DNA of 63,360 nucleotides, counting the filler, from Folioceros fuciformis (Eukaryota), in the NCBI GenBank assembly GCA_049999805.1. It is 14 parts of 14 records of this genome, joined end to end, with 100 filler letters (N's around TTAATTAATTAA, not from the genome) between each part and the next. Parts side by side here need not be neighbours in the genome. Positions count along the whole stretch, not along the records: positions 18,596 to 25,691 come from JBNGIO010003568.1; positions 25,792 to 33,213 come from JBNGIO010003569.1; positions 33,314 to 35,454 come from JBNGIO010003570.1; positions 35,555 to 43,044 come from JBNGIO010003571.1; 10 more parts are not named here. One strand, 5' to 3'. Made by a program: the position numbers and the translations under genes. The notes beneath the pieces are model-generated. The model did no database searches. It was not told where the DNA came from and saw only the letters and a program-made list of their open reading frames with translations. Shown here one piece after another: positions 23,399-35,997 of this stretch. The first letter of the stretch is position 1. Each line of letters starts with the position of its first letter.

Positions 23399-24044
23399 TG
23401 TGGAGTGGTTTCTTGCACCCAAGAACCACCAAAGGGCCACACCTCCCCTTATTGTTGTTGCACTCTTATGATTCCCAGGGGAGTGAACTAGTGTCAAGGA
23501 ACACCTATAGCTATCTACTCACACGTCTACCTATCAGCCGATCTATAGGCCTGTCCACACACACACAACAAAGAGGCAAGAAGCCTAGCCTATCTTCAAA
23601 TTAGCTCACACAACTCACACTCCAGATCTTCAGGCCTTCAGCTCTTCATGATTCCCACTTCAGTCCTTCCTTCTTCACTTCAGCCCTTCACCCTTCACTT
23701 CAGCACACACTCTTCACTTCTATGCACTTCACTCCAACTCTCCCTCTCTTTGCTTCAGCTATCCCCTGGAAATTGGAACACAACGGCTTCACTCCTTGCA
23801 GCCTTCAAGCGTAGTGTAAATACTAGGACTAGATAGCCCTCTTGGCTCACGGTCCTGTCACTTCACTTCAGCCAGCCTGCGAATCATTCAGCCCTTGCGG
23901 ATCCGGCCACACGGATCTTGGCAGTCTTGGGATCCTCCACGTTCCCCTAGTGGCAAGGGAAATCAGGACCTTGGTTCAGTCTCAATCGGCTCAGCGCCCT
24001 AAGCCAAGAGTTCTGCACACAAGGTCCACGGGAATCGCACCATA
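23399..24044 (-). repeat. Putative 3' LTR (~650 bp) of a minus-strand LTR retrotransposon
   Basis: On the minus strand it starts TATGG and ends CCACA (short terminal inverted repeat) and is preceded by a purine-rich PPT-like tract TTGAGAGGGCTGTC (24045-24058). No second LTR in the scaffold. Confidence 0.5.
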
Positions 24045-24697
24045 GACAGCCCTCTCAATGGCAGGTCTCCCCCCTTGTAGAGGAAAATAACTTTCGACAC
24101 TCCCATTTTGAGTGACAGAATGAGCAGGCTGCAATTTTTTGTGTGAAGGAACAAGCGAATCGGCTTAGTATGTGAATAAGATGGGGGTACATACCAAAAA
24201 ATGGCCTTGGTCTTTGGGTGTTTGGGATACCGAAGACCATGATCTGGAACTGAGTGAGTGAGGGTGCCCTTGGGCCTTGGTGGTTCGGGGGCATTTAGGA
24301 GATTATATATATCTCCTTCCCTTTTGGAAATAAGGAATAGAAATGAGTAGGGAAGGGGGTTAGCTAGTTGTGGATTTAGGAAAAAGGATGGGTTGAGGTG
24401 ACTGAGCGACGGTGGCCAGTAGGGCAACCGTCGCGAAAAGGACGACTGGTGGTAGTCTAACTAGCAGTAGTGAGAGAAGAAAATGGCCAATATAAAAACC
24501 CTAAAGGGAAGTCTGGAAGGGAATTAAGTTAGTCTTCAAAACGTAAAGGGCAGTAACCCGGGAGCGTGAAGGCGGCTAGAAGGGAAGCAAATGCTGAGGC
24601 AACAGGACGGGCCGAGGCAAGTAGCGAGAAGTAGCGAGTGCTCAGCGAGAGAGAGAAGGGACCGTAGAAGCCGGAGCACGAGGAGGAGATTGGCAGG

Positions 24698-25408
24698 ATG
24701 AGGTCATGTCCTGAACTGCTGCCTGGAGTACTAGAGCAGGAGGGGGAACCTCCTGTCCCCCGGATCGACCTACTCTTGTGGCCCAACATAGAGCACTGGA
24801 GGGTCAGAGCAGGAGGGTTGGTGGATGAATTGGGTCTGGGTTTCATGACCCAGAAGTGGAACCACGCGGCGGCACAGTTGGTCAGGGAGTGCGCCCTAAG
24901 GTTGAGGGAACCTATCCGTGAGAAAGAGATCAGAGGTAGACCGCAGGGGTGGAATCTGGAGCTAGTAAGGAGGGTGTATGGCCGTGACCAGCGAGAAGAG
25001 GGAGGATTGGTGCTGGAGTCCCTGAGGAAAGGGGGGGGTACAAGAGACGCTGAAGGACTGCTCAAACCAGGCACGAAGAAGGAGGCTAACGGATGGTTGG
25101 TTCGGGACATGGCGAGCTTGCAGCTGATGGGTCTGGCCAGGTGGTTTCTTAGCTTTCTCCAGGTTCGCAAACAGGATAATCTGTCTGACCAGATGCTCCT
25201 GTTTGTGCAAGAGGTAGTGAAGGGGACCAGGATTGATTGGGGAAAAATTCTGTATGCCAGGATGGACGAGGAGAGGCAAAATTTGACCCTGTCCTCTCCT
25301 CAGCCCTCGATGATTTCCCCGTTTCTAGTGCATATTTATAGTTATGCTAACCTGGTGTCGGAACTGGAGGTGTTGGCCAATCAGGGATGTAAAATGGAAG
25401 CCTGCTGA
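24698..25408 (+). mobile_element. Accessory ORF (236 aa) of a Ty3/gypsy-like element, antisense to the adjacent LTR
   Basis: Intact intronless ORF with LVRECAL...RGRPQGWNLELVRRVYG...NGW...IDWGKILYARM...SPFLVHIY. It resembles extra ORFs of plant Tat/Athila-type elements; a related fragment lies at 33850-34270. Confidence 0.6.
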
Positions 25409-25791
25409 GCCAGTGAAGGCTGACTCCAGCAGTTGGGAGTCAGGAAGTGGGGACAGCTCAGAGGGGAAGGTCCCTGTCAGGCCTAAGAAGAGGACAGCGG
25501 CTCAGGGGAAGACCCTTGCCAAGAGGAGATGGGTCAGCGGGCAGAGCACGAGAGGAGGGAGTAGGCCGGAGACACCGGAGACAGCCCTGGAGCAAACCGA
25601 AGGTCAGACAGAGGAGCAGGCTGTAGAAGAACAGGAGGTAGAATAGGAGCTCGCTAATCAGGGGGTTATGGATCAAGGACTGGAAGAGCAGNNNNNNNNN
25701 NNNNNNNNNNNNNNNNNNNNNNNNNNNNNNNNNNNTTAATTAATTAANNNNNNNNNNNNNNNNNNNNNNNNNNNNNNNNNNNNNNNNNNNN

Positions 25792-26012
25792 GGGCGTATG
25801 TGAGTTGTTTCGACCCCCGGCATACACGGGCGTATGTGAGTTGTTTTGACCTCGGCATACACGGGCGTATGTGAGTTGTTTCGACCCCGGCATACACGGG
25901 CGTATGGGAGTTGTTTCGACCCCGGCATACACGGGCGTATGTGCGTTGTTTCGACCCCGGCATACACGGGCGTATGTGCGTTGTTTCGACCCCGGCATAT
26001 ACGAGCGTATGC
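25792..26012. repeat. 35-bp tandem repeat (GGGCGTATGTGAGTTGTTTCGACCCCGGCATACAC), ~6 copies
   Basis: Contiguous near-identical units with no unique spacers; cut by the scaffold start. Confidence 0.95.
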
Positions 26013-26413
26013 ATGTATGAGGTAATGATGACTATGTGTATGCCAGACTCCACCAAGGGCATGCTGGCTCCCCGGTGTCAGAGTGGTGGACCCCACGACT
26101 ACTCTTGCTTGCATTAATAACTTGACGAGTTTTAGGAGTCGCCAATTTTGCTTCGTGCGTGTAGATTCACGCTTCAGATGCACATGCCCACTACTATGCA
26201 GGGAATATTAAAATGATACATAAATTATTTAAACTTTTGTGAGTAACTCAATGTGAGTACTACGCAGGCACTACGGTCTCGCGGCCCAGCGCACGNNNNN
26301 NNNNNNNNNNNNNNNNNNNNNNNNNNNNNNNNNNNNNNNNNNNNNNNNNNNNNNNNNNNNNNNNNNNNNNNNNNNNNNNNNNNNNNNNNNNNNNNCGATA
26401 GCGAGACGCAGTG

Positions 26414-29400
26414 TTAGTCTACTGGAAGACTGATATTGGAGGCGGAAGAGCCGGATCGCAAGTGCCAAGGATGAGAAAGGGGGTATGTGTCCGGGTAGTT
26501 GTAGGGGCTGGCCTTGTCTCGCGCTTCTATAGAGCTCTCTTCCAAATCGATGGCAAGTTGGATGTGCCGCACCACGTCGGCCATGACGGGGCGGCCCCGC
26601 TGGTGCATGTTTACGCATCTCATGGCAACGTCGGCCAGCTTTTGCGCTGCCTCGGTGCTGTAGTCCGTGTCCAGTCTGGGATCCATGATCGCGGACAAGT
26701 GACCCGCTTTCGACCGCCGCGTCACCTGTAACACATGGAGTTGATTTAGTGCGAGCTGAGTGAGTGCATCCGGAAAGGTGGGAAAGCCAGGGTGGTGTGC
26801 AGCATACAAATTCGATGATGCCTCGTTCGTGGGGAGCCATGTCTGTGTCTTCCAGAGCGATGGGTGGCCGACCGCACAGGATCTCCATTAGGACTACGCC
26901 GAAGCTGTACACATCGCTCTTCTCCGTTAGCGTGCCCGTCCGGTAGTATCTGAAAAGAAGCACAGAAGTCGTGAGAAATCGTTTTCGGAAGGAACAACCA
27001 GAAAAGGTGACAACGGAAGGTCTGGGTTGGTACGGAGAAGCCTACTCGGGATCCAGGTATCCTGTTGTGCCCTTGACGATGGTGGGTTTGTGGTCCACCT
27101 GACCGGGGGTTTTCCTCGACAGACCGAAATCCGCGACCTTAGGCTCCAGCTTGTGGGTCAACAAAATGTTACTGCTCTTCACATCCCGGTGAATGATCCG
27201 GGATCGGTGCAGGTGCTCGATACCTTTCATCACAATATGTGCGTGTAAGCGGTGACAAATGGATTGCAATCACTCAAACCTGTTCACTTGTTACCTTCAG
27301 CGGCTCCTTTCGCAATGTCGAGCCTGCATCTCCAGCTTAGCGGGTTCACGGCAGCATCTCGGCCTGTTAAAGGAAATGCTAAGAGACCGTGAAATACTTG
27401 TGCGCAATTGGACGCTAGAAACGTGAACCACTCAAGCCATGTGTAGTAGGGTTATACCATACAGCCGGGTTTTCAAGTCTCCTCCAGCCAAGAACTCGTA
27501 TAAGAGAATGAGGTGCGTGCTTTGCTCACAATAGCCCACCATTGACACCAAGTTCTTGTGATTAAGCTGTGCTAGCAGGTCAACCTGGGGACACCACATG
27601 CATACTACATCAAGGTCAAAAATTCTGAACGGCTACCGTGGGTCGAGCTGGACGACCAAAAAACGTTTGCAATGGAAGGTGGTGAGCGAGCTACCTCGTC
27701 GAAAAATTCTCTGTATGATTGGTGAGACTGCCGAGACAAGATCTTGACAGCAACTTCGTGTTTGCGAGCAATAACTCCGTAATAGACAGGCCCAAAACTC
27801 CCTTCTGCAATCTTCCTGGAGTAACCTTTGGTGGCTTCGTGGACAACGCTCAAACTAAACTCCTTGACCTCATTTCGGATCTTGAGGCCAGGAGCATGGT
27901 TTGCCTCATCTGCATGCACAAGTTCAGTAGTTCCAAGATTTAAACCAGCGATAAATCAAACCCAGAGCCCCATCAACAATCACCAACAAACAGGACATAT
28001 GCCAAAAAAAAAAAAAAAGCCTGCGAAATGCGATGTATGGACTTGCCAGCTGCACGTCCCGCGTGAGATGGAGGGGCTGAGTTCGTACTGGCTCGCCTTC
28101 CACGAACCTCGGACCAGTAGAAGAGTCCTACCGCAATGAGAATTAGGATAACGATGAGAGAAGCAGCCACGCCGATAATTACGGGAACTGTCGAACCAGG
28201 TCCCTCTCTGGCCATCATATTCTCAGGATTCTTTGATGCTCCCCGTTGAGGACCGACAGCAGGAGAGCCGGCGGGAGGGGCAGATCCGCCAAGAGCACAC
28301 AGAGGGCCCGTACATTGGAGCTCTGTGTTTCCAAAATACCTGTCACCAATACGACAAAGATCAGATTCCATGAGTTGGCTCGGAGAGATGAAAATGCATT
28401 TGCAGCGTTTTCTGGGTCGGATTTCGGTAATACTTGAAATTTGGACCAAGTCGTTGGATTAGTGAGGTGGGAACAGTGCCGTTGAAGTAGTTGTTTGAGA
28501 GATCTCTGAGTGTACGCAGGCAACACTGAAAAGTCATGAGTACGAAACAGAACGAACAGGAGTGCGGTTACTCCAGAAAGGCACCAAGATCTGATGTCCA
28601 CTTACAATAGTTGGAGAGCAGGAAGAGTTTCCAGCCACGCTGGAATGGGACCGGTGAAAAAGTTGTCAGAAATGTCTCTGTGGAGTCCACACCTTGCGTA
28701 ATGAGTCACCGGAAGTATGAGAAGTAAGGACCGAGTGATGATGAACTTGGGATACTTACAGGACCTCTAAAGCTGTTAATGAACCCAAGAAGCTTGGTAG
28801 GACACCAATTAAAGAGTTGTCTTGGAGGTTTCTACGTAGTAGACAGACAACACAAAGTGAGCCTCCCAGTGAAAACGCTAGGAGGAAGTCCTATGTGCCA
28901 AGAAGCAGATGACACGTACAGGTTCACCAATGAGGTTAAATTTCCTATGCTGAGTGGAAGATTGCCACCCATTTTGTCTCCTCCCAGATCTCTGCCAACA
29001 TACGTCTCGAGTGTCAGAAACATTAAGTTAAGCACCCTAAACCCAGGTCACCGAAGACGCTCTTGTTTTGGTAAGGATACTCACAAGGAAGTTACGGTTG
29101 AGGTGGTATTGTCACAGGTAAGCTCGTCCCAGGGCACAGGTCCACAGGGATCTCCAACCCAGGTATGGAGCCCCCACAGAATTTTCAACTCCATCAACGC
29201 CTGAACTGCAAGCAGAAGCCCGAATTTCTCCTTTCGTCAAGTGCGACACCTTTCTGTTTGTAGATGGCATGGCTAATTGAGAGGCTGTTGCGAGGAGGTG
29301 ATAGGGCACACCTCACCTTGAACGGGATCGGTGCCTGGTTGAACGTCCACTGCGGTGTAGAGCTCGTCGGCATTCACTAGCGGGTCCAGAATGGTGAGCC

Positions 29401-30865
29401 CATTCCTGGACAAGGTGACACTGATGGAGATGGTTCCGTTCACGATGCTCGAATTCCTGTACCCCCACTGGTATGTCTGAAAGGGCCGCGTGTCGAGTGG
29501 CGTGAGACTCACATTGGTAGGCGCTTGGAACGTGGATGAGTACTCAATTACACGTCTGCCATTTCGATTCATGGACGTACATTGGTGAAAAGAAGCTACT
29601 TGAAGTCAAGTGAAAGGAAACAGAAGCAACTTACATGTCTGCAGAAGCGTTGAGCTCCGCGAACATCTGGGACATGAAAATGAGCGAACCAGGCTGCAGA
29701 TTGATGTCCCTCGAGTAGGAGATGCTAGGGGCAGTGATGGCTGTTTGCATCACTACCGAAGGAGGATCCTCTCCCGAGCTCTCAACCATCTGCCCTGGAG
29801 GTGCCGAGATGTCCGTCACCAGGCCATTCAGAGACGGCAGCACTTGCAGGTAGGGAGGCCAAATCCGATCAAGCGCGTCTTCCGGAAATCTGCAGACATT
29901 CAACAGGCAACCAGTGTGGTGAGGCCCGCCAAACCTCCGATATGTCCCTCGGAGACTCTCCCATCACTGGAAACGTACCTGCGAGAGGAGACCCGCTCGC
30001 CGAAGTTGATCCGGCTAACGAGATACAGATTGACCCGGCGCGGAAGAAAAGTGGCGGTGTAGATGGAGGCCGGAAGAGGTCTGAGCTCCAGCGAATTCAC
30101 AAAGGGCGCGTCGAGCTGCGTCCGGATCAAGCATACACTGATGCTGGTCGCAATGGCAGGGGCAGTCACTGCCTCGAAGTAGACGACGGCGGAGCTGGTG
30201 CCCTGTATAGTCAGGTCTTGCCACAATGTGGCATCCACGGCAATCTGCAGCATCCATCCATTAGTAGCCTCACAATGTATTGGCAGTAGCTAAGTAAATT
30301 ATACTTCCTCGGAGTCGACGCAAACTGAAAAACTGCGCTTGCAAGCGAGGTGTGAGCACCTTGAACCGAATGGAGGCGGAACGACGCAAGTCGTAATTCC
30401 CGTAGTAGAATCCCAACCGGATGAGGTTCACGCTGTTGAGCACCACAGGAAGTTGGTAGCAATTTTTGTTCGGGGAAGATCCGGGCGGAAAGTATCGCAA
30501 AGTCCGGAGCTCCAAGGCCAAGTCGGAGGGAGCACGGGACAGGTCCACCGAGCTAGACTCCCCGGTGGTGGTGAAGTTTCCATCGTCCTGCCAGGCAATG
30601 GAGGTGACAGGATCCACGAAAGAAGTGCCGGCGGGACTACCACAATTCAAGCTGGTGAACCCTGTGCAGACCGCACAGAGCAGAGCAGAGAGCGTGGTCT
30701 GCATCAAAAGACTGGTTCCGGAAGAAAGTGGAAATGCAGGCGGCAGGAGACACGGATCAAGATTTCACTGGCAAGCGAACCTGGTTGAGCAGCTGTGGGC
30801 AAGAGAAGCAGGAGCAGCGCCAAGAAGAAGGTGGAGCAGTGCGCCCCGGGAGCCGCAGATGTCAT
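26414..30865 (-). CDS. Malectin-like domain / GDPC / LRR receptor-like Ser/Thr kinase (LRR-I type), multi-exon
   Basis: Exon 1 (30865-30781) encodes the signal peptide [28 protein letters not shown]. Malectin-like region: GFTSLNCG...LRTLRYFP...NCYQL...[28 protein letters not shown]. Then [16 protein letters not shown], four one-LRR exons and [25 protein letters not shown]. Kinase: [56 protein letters not shown]. Stop at 26414. Confidence 0.93.
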
Positions 30866-33849
30866 GCTTGCAGCCTCCCCGGAATTCGGCAGCGGTAAGG
30901 TTCACATTGCCGCCAGGAAGGAAAGCGTTGCGCGCACTGGTAAGCCGGAGCCGGTGCCGGAAGCAGGAAGCCGAAATCCATCTCCAGGCCCGAGAGCCAG
31001 GGAGGAGGCGAAGCTGGACGTCACCATCCGCAGCGGAAGAGGCTCCCCGACTTGGCTGCTGCGCGTCGTGGGAAAGGCATCGGGGCCACAACGCCATTTT
31101 CTTTTTTGGTGCCACACAAGACGGAGCCGAGCGTTGTCGTTTGCACAAAGGCTGCAGCCATGGTTTCGGCTGGCGAATGGGGACTCCCGTATCCGGGAGA
31201 GCCGGTGCTAGGGTGAGGCGCAAGTCAACCCCTTGTACAGCATCACACATGTGGTCATGTGCCTCGCCTCATTAGGGCTTCCAGGCCTTTCACAGCCCCC
31301 CCGGGGGGTGGCGACTTGAGACTGCTCCTCGTCTCATGAATCGTGAGGTCGTGCCGTTCTCCGAACTCCAGTGTGCGATTCCCGATTCTCGCCAAGCCTT
31401 AAAAACGACAGTGCTCACCAGACCAACGAGATTGATTTACAAAGCAGCAACAGGGCCTGCCCACCCGGGACTCAACACGTTGCTATTCTACATTGCAACT
31501 CTCCCAATCTCTGTATGAAGCCGTCTGCGCTTATCGTGAACGTGTCCGTTTTGTCTCACCCAGGCAACACTCATGCTCCAACCTCATTTCACTCTCCTCA
31601 TTTCATCGAGGACCAGGGTGCAGCGCTTTGGAGGTGACGCGCTCCCCCGCCCCCGACCACGGTCGACTTTGGGAATTGTGTGGCTGCAAGTCAGGAATTA
31701 GGCGGGCAACAGGAACATCCCTCCTCCAGCCTGTTAAAAGCCACAAGTAGCCAAACAGGTTGGTCCCACGGGATCTGTCACCGTCAACTGAAAGCTGCAT
31801 TGTACATAAGCCGTGGTCGTCGGGTCGGGGCCCACACTTCTGGTGGACTACAGTGGCTACCGTTTTCCTGCTCATCGCCGGCTCTCCCTGTGCGCAGCGC
31901 GCCTATTCCGGGATACAGTACTGTACATATACAGTAGAATGACACAGACACACACCGCCTTTGGGAGGTTGAATCACTAGTCACACCAGCCTCATACTGG
32001 TTCATCACTGCTCCATGCTGTACGCAGCGTAGCTGCCTTTCAAGCGTAAGGAGCGGGGAAGAAAGCTCAAGACACCACGTTTACCATGTCACCACATTTT
32101 GCGTGTTAGCCACGGAGCGTTGTGCACGCTTTTTGTTCTATTAGCAAATTGGCACTCGATCCGAACCACTTTCCCAGCATGTCCTACTCTACCTAGGACT
32201 AAAGCTGGGCCACTTGCTCTCCACAAGGACTCTCCTCTTCTAGCCAGCCATAGCCATGAGGATTTACAATTTACTTATTTTACACAGACGGAGGCACTCC
32301 TATCCTGCTGGATAGGTGTGGTCGCCGATGTTTCGCAACCTGCAGACCACGTCCTGGAGGAGGTTTGATCTAAGTGGTTGACAATAGGTTTGCCAAGGTG
32401 CTTAGTATCGATACTTTCAGCCTAGCATGCTTGGTGTGACAAGGTCAGAAGGACCTCGTTTCAATCAAGAGCTTTACACGCGGTACACAAACCTCGGCAA
32501 ATAATTTTTACTTGGGGCTTAGAGCCATTTTTTTTGGATTCCTTGAGAGACAATTTATACTTCAAAAAAGTGTTACATAGACACTTTTAGTCTAAACTTT
32601 GAGGCCTTAAAGTCATTCAACCTTTAAAAAAAAGAATTGGTTTTTCAGAAAAATAAACTAATTACTCCTGAAACATTAGCACGAAATATTTTAAAGTAAG
32701 AGGAACATGAAAATAACTTGCAAGCTTACAACCTTTGTCCTACTTAGCCCGTCGAATATAGTTGATGTTTCTAGGTCGTATTTTCGCATATCCAAGGTCC
32801 TTCTCATTCAGGAGAAGCTTTTATAGATGAGTATATGTGAAAGAAAAGCATTTATGTATGAGTATATACTCTGAATACTTTGAATCTTGTTGAAAGTTGT
32901 TCCCTATTACTTAGAAATAAAAGCTTATGTGATTTGATTTATGAAGCGTATTAACATTCTTAAGTTTTTAATGTAAAGTATAATACACATAAAAGATATA
33001 TAGCAGCGTTTGAAATAAATCGGGTTTGTCCTCAAACCTTCTTTTGCCTTTTGCTCCAGTCATATGGCATCGCACCACCCTCCAAAAGTGCTGTCTACTG
33101 CAACTCGAGGGTTTGAGAAGGTCGATGGTTATTGCTGAGCGAATTTACACACTTCTGTTTTCTGAGTGCCTTTTGCTCCAGTCATATGGCATCGCACCAC
33201 CCTCCAAAAGTGCNNNNNNNNNNNNNNNNNNNNNNNNNNNNNNNNNNNNNNNNNNNNTTAATTAATTAANNNNNNNNNNNNNNNNNNNNNNNNNNNNNNN
33301 NNNNNNNNNNNNNGCTACCTATAACGAAGTATGCCCACGTAGGGAGGATATCTATGTGGGGAGGTAGTACCTAAATAAGAAATATAGTTGTGAAGGGCAA
33401 CCTACCTACAGATTAGGGGACACTAATGTAGNNNNNNNNNNNNNNNNNNNNNNNNNNNNNNNNNNNNNNNNNNNNNNNNNNNNNNNNNNNNNNNNNNNNN
33501 NNNNNNNNNNNNNNNNNNNNNNNNNNNNNNNATTTAAAGGGGTCCCTACCTAAGGTGTCCCATCAACGAAGGGTGCTCACCTCCACGTAGGGAACTACAT
33601 CTACCTACATAGCGAGGAACAAGGAAGTAGCTGTGCGACAAGACACCTACGCTGGGGACCTACTTGTTGTGACCAAGTGGACTCAAAGCGAGAGAAAGGG
33701 CTTTGTTGTGGTGAGAGCCATAGGGAGGAACGGTGTAGGGGGCGTGAAATCAGCTGGATAGAAGCTAGGAGCAGTTGCCTACGGAGGTAGGGGTATAACC
33801 TTGCGTAAAGGAGGGCAATCGACATTCTTGGGGTTTTAGTCCATCAACT

Positions 33850-35454
33850 ATGGCGAGGACCTCCAACAATACTCAAGTGGGTTCCGGCAGTAGGGGACGA
33901 CCCACGAGGGCAGCCAGCTCTCCCCGAACCAATGTTTCGTCCTTTTCCTGCTTTGGGGGCCAACTGAACTCCAAGGATTTGATAGACCTACGGACTTGGG
34001 CATGTGACGCAAACATCCAGCTTGACTGGATATATGGTAGACATTGGTCTTATGTTCATGAAGGCTTGGTGAAGGAGTGCTATACCAACCTACAGCAATC
34101 GAAGGAGGAGTTGGAAGCCCTACCTGAACGAAACGCAAGGACTGACCCTCGGTGTTGGACTGTCCGGAGCATTCGATAGGTGTACGAAAGGTCGGAAAAG
34201 GGGAGCGATAGACGTAGCTGACCGGGGCTCAGAGGGGAGCGATTCCGAGGAAACCTAAAACGACCGTGGGATTGATGTGGCCACGATACATGTGAGCGGG
34301 TGCCTAGTAGGGATACCATACCCGCTTGCCCACATTTTTGGCACCGTTACCAGGGAGCCAACAATCAGCCAGAGAGATAGTTCATTAGATTAGAAGTGAG
34401 GTTGAGTGGATGTGTGAGGGAAGTGAGACAAAACGTGAGGACATTAAAACACCACCTACTGGAAGGAGTCTTCGTGCAGCACGGAGGGAACGAATTAGGG
34501 AGCTTCAAGAGAGAGAGCAAAGAATAGCTTCAACGACTCAATTTATTCGAGGAGGGCAAGTGGTGTCCTCGCTTTTGGAGGAAGGTGAACGTGGAGAGCA
34601 TGGGGAGGTTGTGAGAAACATTTACGGCTCATCTCCATTGACGTTTCCCATCTCACAGGGAGGTTTGCTGGAACCTCATCGACGTAGGAAGTTGTGGTTG
34701 TTCAGGTTGTGCTACCCATTCACACCTCACCTCAAGAAAAGTCTACCATGAGTGGGGGAGGGGTGAGTTCTTTGACTGGTGGGTTGTCACAACCTCATAC
34801 ACGACAGCAATATGTGAAGTTCGAGGACAAGAAGCGGGATTCAAACGCAGAGGCATTCATTCGCACTTTTGAGCAGGTTTCCCATGCCAACTTGGAAGGA
34901 ACCGTTGCAGACCGATTACGGATATTTCCAGGCTTATTACGAGGGCATGCTCAACAGTGGTACAACCGAACTCATGGAGCTGCAGGACCTCCTGATTGGG
35001 ATTCACTTCGAGCTGCGTTCTTGGATAGATTCACAGGTCTAAGCTATGCGAATCATACCTTGGTCAAGTTATGAACTTTGAGAAGGAAGCGGCGAGAGAG
35101 TTTGTAAGACTATGTGGAACGTTTCTATGGGTACTTGGATCGAGTACCCAAGTGTCCGCCAATTCACCCAAGCACCCTACCTACTCCAGGCTACTCACAG
35201 GAGCAAGCCCTTGATTGGTTCGTCAGTGGACTTTCGAAGGAGATGAACAAGTATTGTTGACAGGGCACTAAGACATTGGATGGAGCAGTGAAGTTAGCAG
35301 AGGAATGGGAGTCGGCTGAACTAGGGAGCGCCAAGGACGAGAAGTCGAAAAAGAGAAAGAAGAAGAAACATTCTCGGGGAGTGGACTCCTTATCTTTAGA
35401 TGATTCGAGCTCATCGGAGGATTCTAGCTCCATGGAGAAGGGGAGTGAGAGTGA
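33850..35454 (+). mobile_element. Degenerate Ty3/gypsy (Athila-like) region: accessory-ORF remnant, PBS and gag with stops
   Basis: PBS-like TGGCACCGTTACCAGGGA at 34339-34356 follows ...CACA. Gag core AEAFIRTFEQV...FPGLLRGHAQQWY...DWDSLRAAFLDRF...ESL*DYVERF...WFVSGL has internal stops. Confidence 0.8.
34339..34356 (+). promoter_or_regulatory. Retrotransposon primer-binding site (Athila-type, tRNA-Asp-like)
   Basis: TGGCACCGTTACCAGGGA differs from the Athila-type TGGCGCCGTTGCCGGGGA by three G>A changes and lies between a CA end and gag. Confidence 0.7.
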
Positions 35455-35997
35455 NNNNNNNNNNNNNNNNNNNNNNNNNNNNNNNNNNNNNNNNNNNNTT
35501 AATTAATTAANNNNNNNNNNNNNNNNNNNNNNNNNNNNNNNNNNNNNNNNNNNNCCTCCCTATGAGCCCAAGGATCAACCTGTGGAGGATGGGAGCATTG
35601 AGCCAATGGCAAACCAACGAGCTGTTGAAAGAATCTATCCGCAAAAAAAATGTCACAGCCCCCTGACTAAAGGCATTTGTGAGTCTTGTACGTTAGCCAG
35701 ATGATGGTTTCAATAAATATGTCGAATGCGGCTACAGTACCACCGTGGTGATCCAATCTAGACTGTCTCATCTTGACGTGCGCTTGCCTGATGAGATGCA
35801 AGGCTCTGCCTGTACATGCGGAGCCTAAGGCTGACCGTCCACAAACATATCAAGGTTTATCCCTGGAAAACCTGGCAGCACCAAAGGAATCTGATGACGA
35901 GGCGCAAAAGGTTCACCTCCTACCACGCCGAGCAACTCGAAAACCAGGTCCTGCAAAATATGGCGACGGGATGAGAGTTGGCAACAATGCCTGTAAC

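Noticed and set aside
25792..26012. 35-bp repeats with GTTTCGACCCC, superficially CRISPR-like
   Set aside because: Units are contiguous with no unique spacers, there are no cas genes, and the context is eukaryotic; it is a minisatellite. The same applies to the 27- and 28-bp arrays.
26414..30865. Calling the receptor kinase SYMRK
   Set aside because: The architecture matches but SYMRK-diagnostic kinase motifs are absent; left as LRR-I type pending phylogeny.
30466..31275. Long ORFs antisense to real genes (also 6921-9151 +, 9295-10026 -, 38781-39463 +, 54607-55152 +)
   Set aside because: Shadow frames of GC-rich coding or UTR sequence with no independent protein features.
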